Shown here: positions 18,471 through 28,407 of the stretch, in pieces
Layout of the letters: each line of letters starts with the position of its first letter
How positions within the stretch are numbered: the stretch's first letter is position 1
NCBI GenBank assembly: GCA_965261975.1
Contig: CBDHEC010000051.1
Coordinates: forward strand, 64,001 to 128,000
Length of the DNA stretch: 64,000 bases
Source: Alphaproteobacteria bacterium
GTDB lineage: Bacteria > Pseudomonadota > Alphaproteobacteria > UBA6615
Reading direction: 5' to 3'
Position numbers and translations under genes: made by a program
The notes under the pieces: generated by a model
Seen by the model: only the letters and a program-made list of their open reading frames with translations
The model's database searches: none
What the model was told of the DNA's origin: nothing

Positions 18471-18538
18471 GAGGAATTCGTATCAATGCGCCATGAGTCG
18501 CGCCAGTCGCTGCTTGGCCTCAGCGCACCGGGGCAGGT

Positions 18539-18880
18539 TTATTCGCTGAATGCGTCGAATGCGGCCAGGGCGTCCGCGCCGTAAACCGTGGCGGGGCCAC
18601 CACCCATCTCGATGGCCACGGCAATTGCGTCGCAAACTTCCTCGCGGCTGGCCCCGTGGGCGACCGATTGCTTGGTGTGATAGACGACGCAGCCTTCACA
18701 TCGTTGCACGATGGCGATCGCCAGAGCCATTATCTCAGTCGTTTTCACATCGAGGGCGGCCGGTGTCTGTGCTGCCTGGGTCACGGTGCGGTGGCCGCGC
18801 ATGATGTCGGGGGCGGCGCGAAACAATTCGGTCGCGCGGGCGTCTTGCGCGTCGGATATGGCTTGATAGTCCTTGGTCAT
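18539..18880 (-). CDS. Carboxymuconolactone decarboxylase / AhpD-like protein
   Basis: ALDVKTTEIMALAIA, RCEGC..YH, A.EMGGGPA. Confidence 0.88.
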   Translation of the reverse strand: MTKDYQAISDAQDARATELFRAAPDIMRGHRTVTQAAQTPAALDVKTTEIMALAIAIVQRCEGCVVYHTKQSVAHGASREEVCDAIAVAIEMGGGPATVYGADALAAFDAFSE

Positions 18881-18993
18881 AACGAGGTCCTAATGTCGGG
18901 AAGGGTTTGTGGGCCGGTTTGTGTTATTCGTAGCGTGCTCCCTTTTTCCGAATCTCGTCCAATAATTGATCCCTCGATTGGCTGCCAAATCTG

Positions 18994-19878
18994 ATGTCGA
19001 CAGCAACGTCCCGCCCGACAGATGCACCCATTCGCGGTGTCCTGATGATGTGTTTCGCGGTGTTGTGTTTCGCGACCATGAACGGCTTCGTCAAGGAATT
19101 GCGGGTTCAGGAATTGCCGCTCGTGGAGATCATCTGGGGCCGCTACTTTTTTCATACTGTGTTCATTCTGGCGATCTTCCCGCGCCGAATCCCCACACTC
19201 CTGTCCGGGTCAGACAAGGGGTTGCAGATTGTCCGGTCGATCCTCGTGCTTCTCGCGACCGCCTGCATGTTTACCGCCGTGGGCTTCATGCCATTGGCCG
19301 ATGCCGTTTCGATCACCTTCATCGCGCCGCTGTTGATCACCGCGCTTTCCGTGCCGCTCCTCAAGGAGCGGGTCGGGTTGCGACGGTGGATCGCGGTATT
19401 TGTCGGGTTTGTCGGCATGATCGTGATCGTCCGGCCAGGTGGCGGCCTGTTCCAACTCGCTGCGTTGCTGCCGATCACCGTCGCGATTTTCTATGCCGTT
19501 TATCAGATCATCACGCGGATGATCAGCCATCGAACGGACCCCATAACCTCCGTGTTCTACGCCGCGATCGTGGGTGGCGTGCTGATGAGCGTGATCGTTC
19601 CGTTTTTCTGGCAAACCCCGACACTTGCGCAATGGGGCATGTTGATCGTCGCGGGTTTCCTTGGTGGCCTGGGTCATTGGGCCATTATCATGGCCTACCA
19701 ACGTGCCGAGGCGCCGCTCGTGGCACCGTTTGCCTACAGCGAGTTGATCTGGGCAACCTTGCTGGGGTTGGCGTTGTTCGGCGATTCCCCCGATCTCTGG
19801 ACGTTAGTCGGAGCTGGGATCATCGTGCTCAGTGGCATCTACATTGTGCAACGCGAGCGGCCGACGAAGGCTGGATAG
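18994..19878 (+). CDS. DMT/EamA family transporter
   Basis: 10-TM pattern; FIAPLLITALS..LLKERVG.RRW, IVRPG, APFAYSELIWA. Confidence 0.9.
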   Translation: MSTATSRPTDAPIRGVLMMCFAVLCFATMNGFVKELRVQELPLVEIIWGRYFFHTVFILAIFPRRIPTLLSGSDKGLQIVRSILVLLATACMFTAVGFMPLADAVSITFIAPLLITALSVPLLKERVGLRRWIAVFVGFVGMIVIVRPGGGLFQLAALLPITVAIFYAVYQIITRMISHRTDPITSVFYAAIVGGVLMSVIVPFFWQTPTLAQWGMLIVAGFLGGLGHWAIIMAYQRAEAPLVAPFAYSELIWATLLGLALFGDSPDLWTLVGAGIIVLSGIYIVQRERPTKAG

Positions 19879-19897
19879 CGATCGTTTGAATTGCCGG

Positions 19898-20392
19898 TCA
19901 GGCTTTCGCGAAATGTTCGATGAACACAAGCAACATATCCGGCGTGGCGCCATCTTCGGCCAGCGGTAGGATGACATCTTCCGCGCGGATATAGTTTTGA
20001 TGTGGACCGACATATGGCGTGTCGCTGCGTAGTGGTTTTCCGGAAGTCGCGACGTCGACGCAGGCGTTGAATATCCGGCTCGGCGATGCCATGTGATCAA
20101 TCTCTGACATCCAGCTTCCCGTCCAGTCCGTGGAAAGACGGTGCACGACATTGGTCCCGATCAATCGAAAACGGAAATCCCAAGGCTCGTTCCGCACATC
20201 CAGCAGGACGATCTGGGGAAGTAGAGTAGGAATATCGAGCGGATCGATATCGGAGCGCGCAGGAAGACGCCCTTCCTTGCGTTTGGAAGCCCAATAATTC
20301 TCACCCAGTTCGATAACCCGATCGCGAATCGACAGCGGCACATGGGTGCTCAGCGTGCTTTTTTTCACGGTCGTGTTGGAATTGAATGTCAT
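19898..20392 (-). CDS. Stand-alone PAS domain protein (PAS_5 type)
   Basis: YWASKR...LPARSDIDPLDIP.LLP, FRFRLIGT, E..ILPLA.DG. Start uncertain. Confidence 0.8.
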   Translation of the reverse strand: MTFNSNTTVKKSTLSTHVPLSIRDRVIELGENYWASKRKEGRLPARSDIDPLDIPTLLPQIVLLDVRNEPWDFRFRLIGTNVVHRLSTDWTGSWMSEIDHMASPSRIFNACVDVATSGKPLRSDTPYVGPHQNYIRAEDVILPLAEDGATPDMLLVFIEHFAKA

Positions 20393-20523
20393 CGGTTCGA
20401 AAGTGGAATTGGATGGCGTATTGGGCGGCAGTTTAAGCACAGCTGTATCAATGTGGAATACTTACTTCCCGGATTGGCAACCGGCTCGATACACAATTAG
20501 TTGAATGCGATAGTACGCATAAA

Positions 20524-21543
20524 TCAGCGTGTGGGTCCACGCCGCGGGGGAGGTGGGCCGCGCCGGAAAGGTTCCTGACCGGGTCCGAACCCGCCTCCAC
20601 CCGGACCACGGCGGTGCGCAAAACTGCGATCCGGTTCTCCCCGGAAACAGCGGGGAATGAATGGGAAATTTTCCGTCAAGAAATAGGCGTAAGTGCCATC
20701 CGGATAATCCGGTGTGATGGTGTCGCGACCGTTGCATTCATCCAGATCACCCGCGTCGGCGATAAACTCGAAATCCTCGACGAAGCTGCCGTCATATTCG
20801 CCGCCGGGGCCGCTCGGGCGCGTGCCGGTTTTGACGGGGTAGCTGGCGTGCAAGGCGGTGATGGGTGAGGCGGCATCGTTGGGGTCGGACAGTCCGTAGA
20901 CCGCATAAATCGGAAAGCCGTCTGCCGCATAACCCACGATTGCGGAATGGGAGTCTCTTGACCAACCTTCTATCAGGCCCGTGGGAAGCCCGTGATAATG
21001 ATACGTACCATTTGGCTGAACATGTGCGTTGTTCCGGTCGAGGCCAAGGTTGATGGCGCCACCGATGGCTTCGTACCGCCAGCCTGAGTCGCGATCCCGG
21101 TTCCAGAATTCGGCCGCGCCGGGATCAAATGGTACCCCGTTCACGGCGATCCCGAACTTGCCCAGCTCGAGGATATCGATCTCCGGCCGCTTCTCCGGCG
21201 CGACATTCACCCGAAAGACATAGTCCTGCGCGCGGATTGCGCTGGGATTGTTACGGTTCGGAAACCGGCCTGTTTCGTGTTGCGGGATGCCGTTTGCGCG
21301 GATGATCCGCTTGTCGCCGGATATTTTGATCTCGACGCGGTTCTTCAGCGACCATACTTGCGCAGTTTGGGTTTCATTCGCCTGCGTGAGCCCGATCAGT
21401 TGCAAGGCAGGCCCGCTCGTGTGTGAGGCAGCGGAACCTGCAGTGCCATGCGCGCCTGCGACCCCGGGTATTGCGCAAACGACCATCAAGAGCGCTGCGG
21501 TACGCGAACATCCAAATGTGAAAATCGTAAGGATAGGTGCCAT
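20524..21543 (-). CDS. YHYH domain protein, probably secreted
   Basis: ANGIPQH, GIAVNGVPF, GLDRNNAHVQPNGTYHYHG, GYAADGFPIY, GDLDECNG. Signal-like N-terminus. Confidence 0.85.
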   Translation of the reverse strand: MAPILTIFTFGCSRTAALLMVVCAIPGVAGAHGTAGSAASHTSGPALQLIGLTQANETQTAQVWSLKNRVEIKISGDKRIIRANGIPQHETGRFPNRNNPSAIRAQDYVFRVNVAPEKRPEIDILELGKFGIAVNGVPFDPGAAEFWNRDRDSGWRYEAIGGAINLGLDRNNAHVQPNGTYHYHGLPTGLIEGWSRDSHSAIVGYAADGFPIYAVYGLSDPNDAASPITALHASYPVKTGTRPSGPGGEYDGSFVEDFEFIADAGDLDECNGRDTITPDYPDGTYAYFLTENFPFIPRCFRGEPDRSFAHRRGPGGGGFGPGQEPFRRGPPPPRRGPTR

Positions 21544-21652
21544 CGCCGGGTTCCATGCCGTTTCGCCGTTCAAACATATCGGGAATGGGGGAATGAACAA
21601 ACGCCCGCGAGCGGCTCATTCATCGGCGAAAATTTGGGTGATGGCCGAAACC

Positions 21653-21682
21653 AAAAAGGACCAGCCTGAGAGGCTGGTCCTT
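21653..21682 (-). terminator. Intrinsic terminator downstream of tRNA-Asn
   Basis: AGGACCAGCCT-GAG-AGGCTGGTCCT perfect stem, followed on the minus strand by a T5 tract. Confidence 0.8.
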
Positions 21683-21687
21683 GGAAT

Positions 21688-21763
21688 TGGCTCCGGCGGT
21701 AGGACTCGAACCTACGACCTAGCGGTTAACAGCCGCTTGCTCTACCAACTGAGCTACACCGGA
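21688..21763 (-). tRNA. tRNA-Asn(GTT)
   Basis: TCCGGTGTAGCTCAGTTGGTAGAGCAAGCGGCT-GTT-AACCGCTAGGTCGTAGGTTCGAGTCCTACCGCCGGAGCCA; 76 nt with encoded CCA. Confidence 0.97.
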
Positions 21764-21815
21764 TCAGAGGCGCGCGGTTATAGCAAACCCCGCTCGATAC
21801 GCAAAAGGTGAATCG

Positions 21816-22775
21816 TCATTTGTTGTCGGGAACAATCCAGGTGCCGGTCTCGCCGGCGATCGCGCGCCCAAGATTTTGCGGGTTGGTGATGATCCCGGTC
21901 GCACCGCCAGCCTCGATAAACTCTGTAATCGCATCGATTTTTGGTCCCATTCTGCCTTCGGGAAACTGACCGTCAGCCTTGTGGGCACGGGCTTCGGAGA
22001 CGGTCATGCGATCGATCCAGCTTTCGTCAGGCTGGCCGAAGTTCACCGCCACTTTCTCGACTTCCGTCGTGATAACCAGAAACTCCGCATTGAGTTCATG
22101 GGCCAGTAGGCTCGAAGCACGATCCTTGTCGATGACCGCCTCAAGGCCCTGCAAGTCTCCCTCGGAGTCGCGATAAACGGGGATCCCGCCGCCACCGCAG
22201 GCGATGACGATGTGATTCGCATCGATGAGGGACCCGATCGCGCCGATATCCACTATGGACTGCGGGCGAGGGGAGGCAACAACGCGCCGCCAACCGCGAT
22301 CACCTTCCTCGCGCACGTGCCAGCCGTGCTCGGCGGCGTGTTGCTTGGCAAAGGCTTCGCTCATATGCGACCCGATGGGCTTGGAAGGCTCGTCGAATGC
22401 CGGGTCTGCCCGATCTACCAGTACCTGTGTGACCACTGCGACCGCCTCGCGCGGGATGCCGCGGCGGCGCATTTCGTTCTGCATGGCCCGCTGGAACATC
22501 CAGCCGATGGCCCCCTGGGTGTCGGCGCCGGCGTAATCCATGGGAACCGGCGGAACTTCGGCGATTGCAATTTCGGAACGGCGAAGGATAAACCCGACCT
22601 GCGGTCCGTTGCCGTGGGTCAGGACGACGTCCCAGCCCTGTTCAATCATGTCGGCGACGTGACCTACGGTGATGGCGGCAGCGGCATACTGATCAGGGAT
22701 CGACTTGTGGTCTGCGTCGATGATCAGTGAATTTCCGCCGGCTGCTACGACGGCGGTCTTCTGGCGTGGCGGCAT
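21816..22775 (-). CDS. arcC: Carbamate kinase
   Basis: AAGGNSLI, THGNGPQVG, GADTQGAIG, PSKPIG, WRRVVASP, CGGGGIPV, EAVIDKD, G.MGPKI. Confidence 0.95.
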   Translation of the reverse strand: MPPRQKTAVVAAGGNSLIIDADHKSIPDQYAAAAITVGHVADMIEQGWDVVLTHGNGPQVGFILRRSEIAIAEVPPVPMDYAGADTQGAIGWMFQRAMQNEMRRRGIPREAVAVVTQVLVDRADPAFDEPSKPIGSHMSEAFAKQHAAEHGWHVREEGDRGWRRVVASPRPQSIVDIGAIGSLIDANHIVIACGGGGIPVYRDSEGDLQGLEAVIDKDRASSLLAHELNAEFLVITTEVEKVAVNFGQPDESWIDRMTVSEARAHKADGQFPEGRMGPKIDAITEFIEAGGATGIITNPQNLGRAIAGETGTWIVPDNK

Positions 22776-22804
22776 GTCGACGCCTCCTTCCGAAGCCTCA
22801 ATTG

Positions 22805-24208
22805 TCAGTCAACAAATGTCTCCGCGAGCGCGGCGACTGCCGCTGAAAAGCAAGTGAGTGGCGCGTGGGTAATGCCTGCGCCGACTTGTCCGATGCCAGC
22901 CTCTCGATGAGCGATGCCGGTGTTGATGACGGGCGCGATTCCGGTGTCGACGACCTTGCGGATATCGATGCCCGCTGGTGTTGCCATGAAATCAAGGGCG
23001 GGCAGGGTGAAGGCTGTATTGCGACCGAATGTGATGTGGGCCATACGCTGCGAATTCGCGAGCGCGTCGGACGCTGTCCCCCCGACAAACTGCACGATGG
23101 CGGGCGATGCGGCCATGGCGAAGGCCCCGATCCCGCAAGTCTCGGTGATCGAGCTGTCTCCCAGATCGGGATTGGCGTCGGCGGTGCTGTAGCCGGGGAA
23201 AAACAACCCGTCGATGATCGAGGCGGGCGCCTCGAACCAGGTGTCACCCAGGCCGCTCACCCGAATTCCGAAATTGACGCCGTTGCGCGCCATGGCCGTC
23301 ACGAGGCTTGACCCGGGGACACCATGGGCAGCGTCGAGCATGGATTTGCATGCCGCCATCGAGAGGTTGAGAAAGAAATGATCGTTCGAATTAATGAAGG
23401 TGACCACCTCGGACAGGGTCTTCGGGTCGAGGCCAGCCTCCAGTGCGGCCGGTATTAGTCGTTTTATCAGTAACGCAGACGCCGCACCGTTGCGGTTGTG
23501 CACTTCGTCACCCATGTGCAGCGCCTGGGCCATGATGGGCTTGAGTTCGAGATCGCCGAGTGTCTCGAGCGTTGCGGCCAGCGCTGGTGCGAGCACGTCG
23601 CGCATCCATTCCAGGTGGCTGATGACATCGGGAGAGTTGGCGCCGAAACGCAACACCTTGCCAAGCCCCTCGTTCAGGTTCGAAAACGTCGTGTGATCAT
23701 GGACCGGGTCCTCGATGATCCAGAGCGGCATCGACGGGCTGATGATGCCGGCCATCGGCCCTACGGCACCGAAATGGTGGCAGGGTGCGAAAGTGATTTC
23801 GCCCGACCCCGCGAGCGCCTCGGCATCTTCCGGTGTGTCGGCCCAGCCTTCGTAAACACAAGCGCCGGCAATCGCACCGCGAACCGGCGCGCACATGTCG
23901 TCCCAGCCAATCGGTGGGCCGGAGTGAAGGATCGTCCGTTCGCCCAGGCCGTCGAGTACATCGCGTGCGATACCAACGCCGCGCAGGGTTGGCTGCGCGG
24001 CGAGATAACGCGCGAAAGCTGTCTGGTTCGCGTTCTCGATGTCTTCCCGATTGGTGAGGCGGGCGAGCGCGCGCGCGATGTCCTCATCATGCGCAGGTGG
24101 TGCCCAGTTTACATCGACCACGCTGCTGCCGGCGGCACGAATTGGCTCGGCGAACTGCGCCAACCCGACATTGATCACCGAAAGCGGTGTTCCGAACAGA
24201 TTGCTCAT
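22805..24208 (-). CDS. ylbE: DUF1116 / YlbE (AllG)/YahG family protein, oxamate carbamoyltransferase-like subunit
   Basis: ILHSGPPI, PCHHFGAVGPMAGIISPSM, NEGLGKVLRFGA, ALHMGDEVHNRN, NDHFFLNL, MARNG..FG, GDSSITET, INTGIAH...GQVGAG. Confidence 0.9.
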   Translation of the reverse strand: MSNLFGTPLSVINVGLAQFAEPIRAAGSSVVDVNWAPPAHDEDIARALARLTNREDIENANQTAFARYLAAQPTLRGVGIARDVLDGLGERTILHSGPPIGWDDMCAPVRGAIAGACVYEGWADTPEDAEALAGSGEITFAPCHHFGAVGPMAGIISPSMPLWIIEDPVHDHTTFSNLNEGLGKVLRFGANSPDVISHLEWMRDVLAPALAATLETLGDLELKPIMAQALHMGDEVHNRNGAASALLIKRLIPAALEAGLDPKTLSEVVTFINSNDHFFLNLSMAACKSMLDAAHGVPGSSLVTAMARNGVNFGIRVSGLGDTWFEAPASIIDGLFFPGYSTADANPDLGDSSITETCGIGAFAMAASPAIVQFVGGTASDALANSQRMAHITFGRNTAFTLPALDFMATPAGIDIRKVVDTGIAPVINTGIAHREAGIGQVGAGITHAPLTCFSAAVAALAETFVD

Positions 24209-25728
24209 TGTGCGCTCTCCAGGATCGCAGCGGCGGTGCGGACCGCCTGGGCGTTGTTGTCGGCCACAAGAACGCCGAGATCGGACATTGCGTCACGCTG
24301 GCGTGCAAGGCCCTGGGGGTCGCCATCCGTGCCACAGACGAAGCCAAGCATAACGGGGCCGCCGGCTTTCAAGGCCGGCACCGATGACAGGGCCGGCGCC
24401 ATGGCTGAGAGAGGATCCTCATGGGCCCCATGTCCGAGCACCACGTCAAACAGGATTACCGCCGTGTCGGCGTTCTGCGCCTCGGCCACGATACGGTCGT
24501 TACGCAGCCGGTGGTCGATCATGGGATGGGGCCGGCCGCGGGTGAAGATATCGTCGCCGAGATCAAGGATGGTGTGAGATGCGCTCGTCCAGGGGTCGTT
24601 CAGGACCTGGATTCCGGCACTGGACGTGTTCGAGTGAACGCCTTCAAGCCTCCCGGCCAGCATTGTTAGTGCTTCGTAACAAAAGGTACCGCCGCTATAG
24701 AGCGCGCGGACATGACGGCGCTCCCCGGACAGGCTGGGCAGCGGCGTATCAATCAGTTCGCTCGCCGCGGCGGCCGTGCTGCCGGAAGCCGCAATGGCGA
24801 GTTGCGCGGCTTCCTCGAGGGTGCTTGCGTAGGAAACACCTGAAAGCCCTGACCCTTCCGGCGTGTGTCCCAACAGACAGGCGATAACTGGCTTGCCGGA
24901 TGCCACGGCATGCTCGATCACGTTCTGCGCGACATCGGCTGCGGGTGGTTTCGAGATCAACACGATGACCTGTGTGTCGGGGTCGGCGCCGAGCAAGGTT
25001 ATGGCGTGTTTTGTCGTGCGGCCACCGATCCGGCTGTCGAGATCGCGACCGCCGGTGCCGATCGCCTGGGACACGCCGCACCCGGCGGCATCGACAAGAC
25101 AGGAAACCTGCTGCAAGCCGGTGCCCGAAGCGGCGACAATCCCGATCGTGCCCCGGCGCACGACATTGGCGAAACCGAGTGGTGAGCCGTCGATGATCGC
25201 GGTACCGCAATCGGGCCCCATGACCATGAGGCCAGCCTGATCAGCCTGGGTTTTTAGGGCAAGCTCGTCTTCGATCGACACATTATCGCTGAACATCATC
25301 ACATTCAGTCCGAGCCGCACTGATTTGAATGCTTCGGCTGCCGCGAATGGGCCCGGGGTGGCAATCAGCGTGAAATTTGCCGCCACATTCGCGTCCAGCG
25401 CCATCTCGATGCTCCGCAGTGGTTCGGTTTCCGCGGTACCACCGCCCACGATCTCCGGCTCGGCGCGCAACTCGGCTTCGGCGGCATCGAGCGCTGCGCC
25501 CAATGTCGCTTCGGAATCGGCCTCCACCGCGATCAGCACCTCGTTCGCGCGCGCGCCGGGATCGCCCTCGATCAGCCCTGCCTCGCGCAGCAGATCCAGG
25601 TTTGCCGGGGTTGCCATGATGCAGGATGCCTGGCTGATCCCGTCGAGAAGGGAGATCGCCGACGAGATTTTCATCAGGGCAAGGGAGTCCCGGTACATGT
25701 CGGCAATGATGCGTGTTCCCATAATCAT
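24205..25728 (-). CDS. fdrA: FdrA (AllF)/YahF acyl-CoA-synthetase-like protein, oxamate carbamoyltransferase-like subunit
   Basis: YRDSLALM, MATPAN, MMFSDNV, MGPDCGTA, ASGTGLQQV, IGTGGRDL, LISKPP, LYSGGT, DLGDD.FTRGRPHPMID. Confidence 0.92.
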   Translation of the reverse strand: MIMGTRIIADMYRDSLALMKISSAISLLDGISQASCIMATPANLDLLREAGLIEGDPGARANEVLIAVEADSEATLGAALDAAEAELRAEPEIVGGGTAETEPLRSIEMALDANVAANFTLIATPGPFAAAEAFKSVRLGLNVMMFSDNVSIEDELALKTQADQAGLMVMGPDCGTAIIDGSPLGFANVVRRGTIGIVAASGTGLQQVSCLVDAAGCGVSQAIGTGGRDLDSRIGGRTTKHAITLLGADPDTQVIVLISKPPAADVAQNVIEHAVASGKPVIACLLGHTPEGSGLSGVSYASTLEEAAQLAIAASGSTAAAASELIDTPLPSLSGERRHVRALYSGGTFCYEALTMLAGRLEGVHSNTSSAGIQVLNDPWTSASHTILDLGDDIFTRGRPHPMIDHRLRNDRIVAEAQNADTAVILFDVVLGHGAHEDPLSAMAPALSSVPALKAGGPVMLGFVCGTDGDPQGLARQRDAMSDLGVLVADNNAQAVRTAAAILESAQ

Positions 25729-26687
25729 CGGGTTACTTTCTCGTGCAAGTGAGCTTCGTTGAGTTTGTCGATGACCCGCTCGCGAAGTGCGGGTTCATGG
25801 ACGGTCAGGCCACACAACAAACCGAAAACGGTATCGCGGCCCGAGCTGTGTCCCATGTCCGTGACGTCGGCAAGGCGTGCGGGAATGTCATCGGCATCGG
25901 TCGCAATGGCATCGGTGAGTTTTGTCAAAGGAGATGAAAACCTGCCGGCTGCGGCATGAGCAATGCAGGCGCGGGAGACGTCGGTGCTGTCGCACGATTT
26001 GACGAGCGCGGCCTGAATGAGCTGCCGGAGAAAATCCTTCTGTGCGGGCTCATTGGCGCCGTCCCGGAAGCCCAGAAAATAGCCGGTTGCGAAATCGTCA
26101 CCGGAGGGGGTCAGGCCAGGCCCACGTCCAATTAGGCGATTCAAACACGCCGTGGAAACCGGCAGGTCTGCATTGGGGGCGGCGCGTATGAGTTCGGGAA
26201 CCGTCGTCTGGACGCTGCGCGCAAGTGCGCGACCGTATGAGTCCCGTCGCGGATCGGGGGAGAGTGCCATCGCGAATCCGGCCGCACCATGGGCATCGAT
26301 GAACAGCGACCATGCGTTGATCCAGCCGGCGATCAGCCTGGAGCTTTCCCGTTTTGTGGGTGAGGTTTGTTGCGCCCAGGCAATCGACGCGGCGGTACGG
26401 AAATCAAACGCCAGTTCGGTGCCTTGTATTCGCAGGATTCCGGCGCGCATGGCAAAACCCGCACCCGGGCGGACCAGTCGTGAAAAGTTGACCGTCGCGG
26501 GCGCGTCGATGCGCGCGGTGCCGGGTGCCAGGGCTGCATTGTTGCGCGCGTCGATGGTGACAAGCGTCCGCGCGTTGTCTTCCGTATCCACTGCCAGGTT
26601 CATGACGCGGCGGAACACACTCATGGTTGTCCCGTTCGCGATTTGCGCAGGGAAATGCTCCGGCATGTCGCTCACAGCCAAACGCAT
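25725..26687 (-). CDS. ylbF: DUF2877 / YlbF (AllH)/YahE family protein
   Basis: SVFRRVMNL, LIGRGPGLTPSGDDF..G, STDVS, GHSSGRD...G. ATGA overlap with fdrA. Confidence 0.85.
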   Translation of the reverse strand: MRLAVSDMPEHFPAQIANGTTMSVFRRVMNLAVDTEDNARTLVTIDARNNAALAPGTARIDAPATVNFSRLVRPGAGFAMRAGILRIQGTELAFDFRTAASIAWAQQTSPTKRESSRLIAGWINAWSLFIDAHGAAGFAMALSPDPRRDSYGRALARSVQTTVPELIRAAPNADLPVSTACLNRLIGRGPGLTPSGDDFATGYFLGFRDGANEPAQKDFLRQLIQAALVKSCDSTDVSRACIAHAAAGRFSSPLTKLTDAIATDADDIPARLADVTDMGHSSGRDTVFGLLCGLTVHEPALRERVIDKLNEAHLHEKVTR

Positions 26688-26732
26688 GTAGTTTCCTTAT
26701 CGCTCTGCCCATTCGATACGGGCTTTGGAAAT

Positions 26733-26767
26733 AAAAACCGGCGGGCTCCCGCTGGAAGCCCGCCGGT
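26733..26767 (-). terminator. Intrinsic terminator-like hairpin between the permease and the DUF2877 gene
   Basis: 11-bp stem ACCGGCGGGCT / AGCCCGCCGGT with a 9-nt loop; T-tract on the minus strand (the + strand AAAAA at 26733-26737). Confidence 0.7.
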
Positions 26768-26781
26768 GTTCAGTTGGTCAA

Positions 26782-28338
26782 TCAGTCCGCTTTGGCCTCG
26801 GTCTTCTCAAGACCGTCACACCAGAACAGGATCGCGGCGACAGCCAGATATGCAATCGTGATCGTCGGCGATATGCCGAGCCCGTTGCCGATCCCCACCG
26901 CGGGGCCGTGGATGAACCCGAAATAGGTCAGCACGGCAGCGCTCAGTGCGAAGGCGGCCGCAGGCTTGTAGTTGCGGTCAATGATGAAGACGGCCATGGC
27001 ACCGAAGATGAGCCCGACGAGGATGGCGCCACTGCCCATGACCTCGAGGCCTCTGTAGAGCACGCCTTGATTGGCCAGTTTGTCCAATCCAACTGCCCCG
27101 GCGTTGGTGCCGGCCGCACCGAGCGCGCCATCGATCAAAACTTTGCCCCAAGCCGCAAGGTTGGGGATGAGTGCAAAGATGACCGCCGGTGCGTGTTTGG
27201 ACGGCGTCGCCTGGAACGCCTGCGCACCGATCAGCATGCCGATGTAGAGCAGAATCGGGATGATCGCGACTTGCGGGATGACCGCAAGCAACAACCCGAC
27301 AATCCCGAGCCATGTCACCACGAGCACGAAAATGCCGGTCACGGCGGAATAGCCGATCCGTCCACCCATCTCTTTCCAGCCGGGATGTCCGATATAGACG
27401 GCGTTGGCGAATGGGCTGCCGAACAGGGTGCCAACGAGGCTGATGATGCCCTCGGCACCGATCACCTGTTTCTCGCTGTACTCATCGCCCGCCACGGCCG
27501 CACTTTCGACATTGTCCATGGCTTCGATGAAGTCGTAGACGCCGAACGGGATCGCTGTCACCAGGATGAAGGCCCAATGCTGGTTGAGGCCGTCGAACAC
27601 CTGGCCGATCGAGATGGCCGGCAAGGCGAAACCGATAGCACCGATCGACTGGCTCACGCTGTCCACACTCATAAGTCCGATACCGAGATCGAACCAGGTG
27701 CTGAGCCAGGCTAACGCCGTACCGACGCCGATGGCGATCAGGCCGGCGGGAACCTTGCCGGGGTAACGCACACCGCCGAACCAGCCGGCCAGGATGATGG
27801 CCAGCGAAATCAGACCGATCACCGGGCTTTGGAAAATCTCCATCGCCGGTTTCATCGAGATGAAGGTGATCGAGATACCCGCAAGCGTACCCAAAAGGGC
27901 GGCACGCGGCGTCAGGCGGCGGACATGCGGTGCCACGAACGCACCCGCAAACAGCACGAGGCCCTCAATGAAGACCCAGGCGAGACCGGCCTGCCAGGCC
28001 AGCAAGGGATCGCCGGTCTGGATCTTGATGGGCAGCATGATCGCCAGCACGACGAAGAACATGTGCGGGACGCTGGGCCCCGAGGGTAAGGCGGCGACGT
28101 CGCTGCGCCCGCTCTTGTCGGCAAGTTTCCGAGCCAGATAGGCGTAGAACATGTTGCCGAGAAAGATCATCAGCCCGACAGCCGGCAGAATACGGCCGAA
28201 GATGACGTCGTCGGGCAGTTGAATGACGAATTTCAGAAGGCCCGTGAGGACCAGAAGATTGACCAGGACGTTTGTCCCGAGGCCAAACAGGGCGTTCCAG
28301 TCTCCCGGAACCCACCATGAAGCTTTCGTTGTACTCAT
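26782..28338 (-). CDS. NCS2/AzgA-like multi-pass permease, putative ureide (triuret/biuret) transporter
   Basis: About 13-14 hydrophobic segments; WWVPGDWNALFG, ALPSGPSVPH, TPRAALLGTLAG, NVESAAVAGD.Y, VYIGHPGWK.MGGR.GY. Directly downstream of the cysteine hydrolase. Confidence 0.75.
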   Translation of the reverse strand: MSTTKASWWVPGDWNALFGLGTNVLVNLLVLTGLLKFVIQLPDDVIFGRILPAVGLMIFLGNMFYAYLARKLADKSGRSDVAALPSGPSVPHMFFVVLAIMLPIKIQTGDPLLAWQAGLAWVFIEGLVLFAGAFVAPHVRRLTPRAALLGTLAGISITFISMKPAMEIFQSPVIGLISLAIILAGWFGGVRYPGKVPAGLIAIGVGTALAWLSTWFDLGIGLMSVDSVSQSIGAIGFALPAISIGQVFDGLNQHWAFILVTAIPFGVYDFIEAMDNVESAAVAGDEYSEKQVIGAEGIISLVGTLFGSPFANAVYIGHPGWKEMGGRIGYSAVTGIFVLVVTWLGIVGLLLAVIPQVAIIPILLYIGMLIGAQAFQATPSKHAPAVIFALIPNLAAWGKVLIDGALGAAGTNAGAVGLDKLANQGVLYRGLEVMGSGAILVGLIFGAMAVFIIDRNYKPAAAFALSAAVLTYFGFIHGPAVGIGNGLGISPTITIAYLAVAAILFWCDGLEKTEAKAD

Positions 28339-28407
28339 TCGCATTTTCCCACTATCGAACGTGTTTAATCAGAAAGGCTGTTATGGCCAGATTTCTCCTG
28401 TTCGCAG

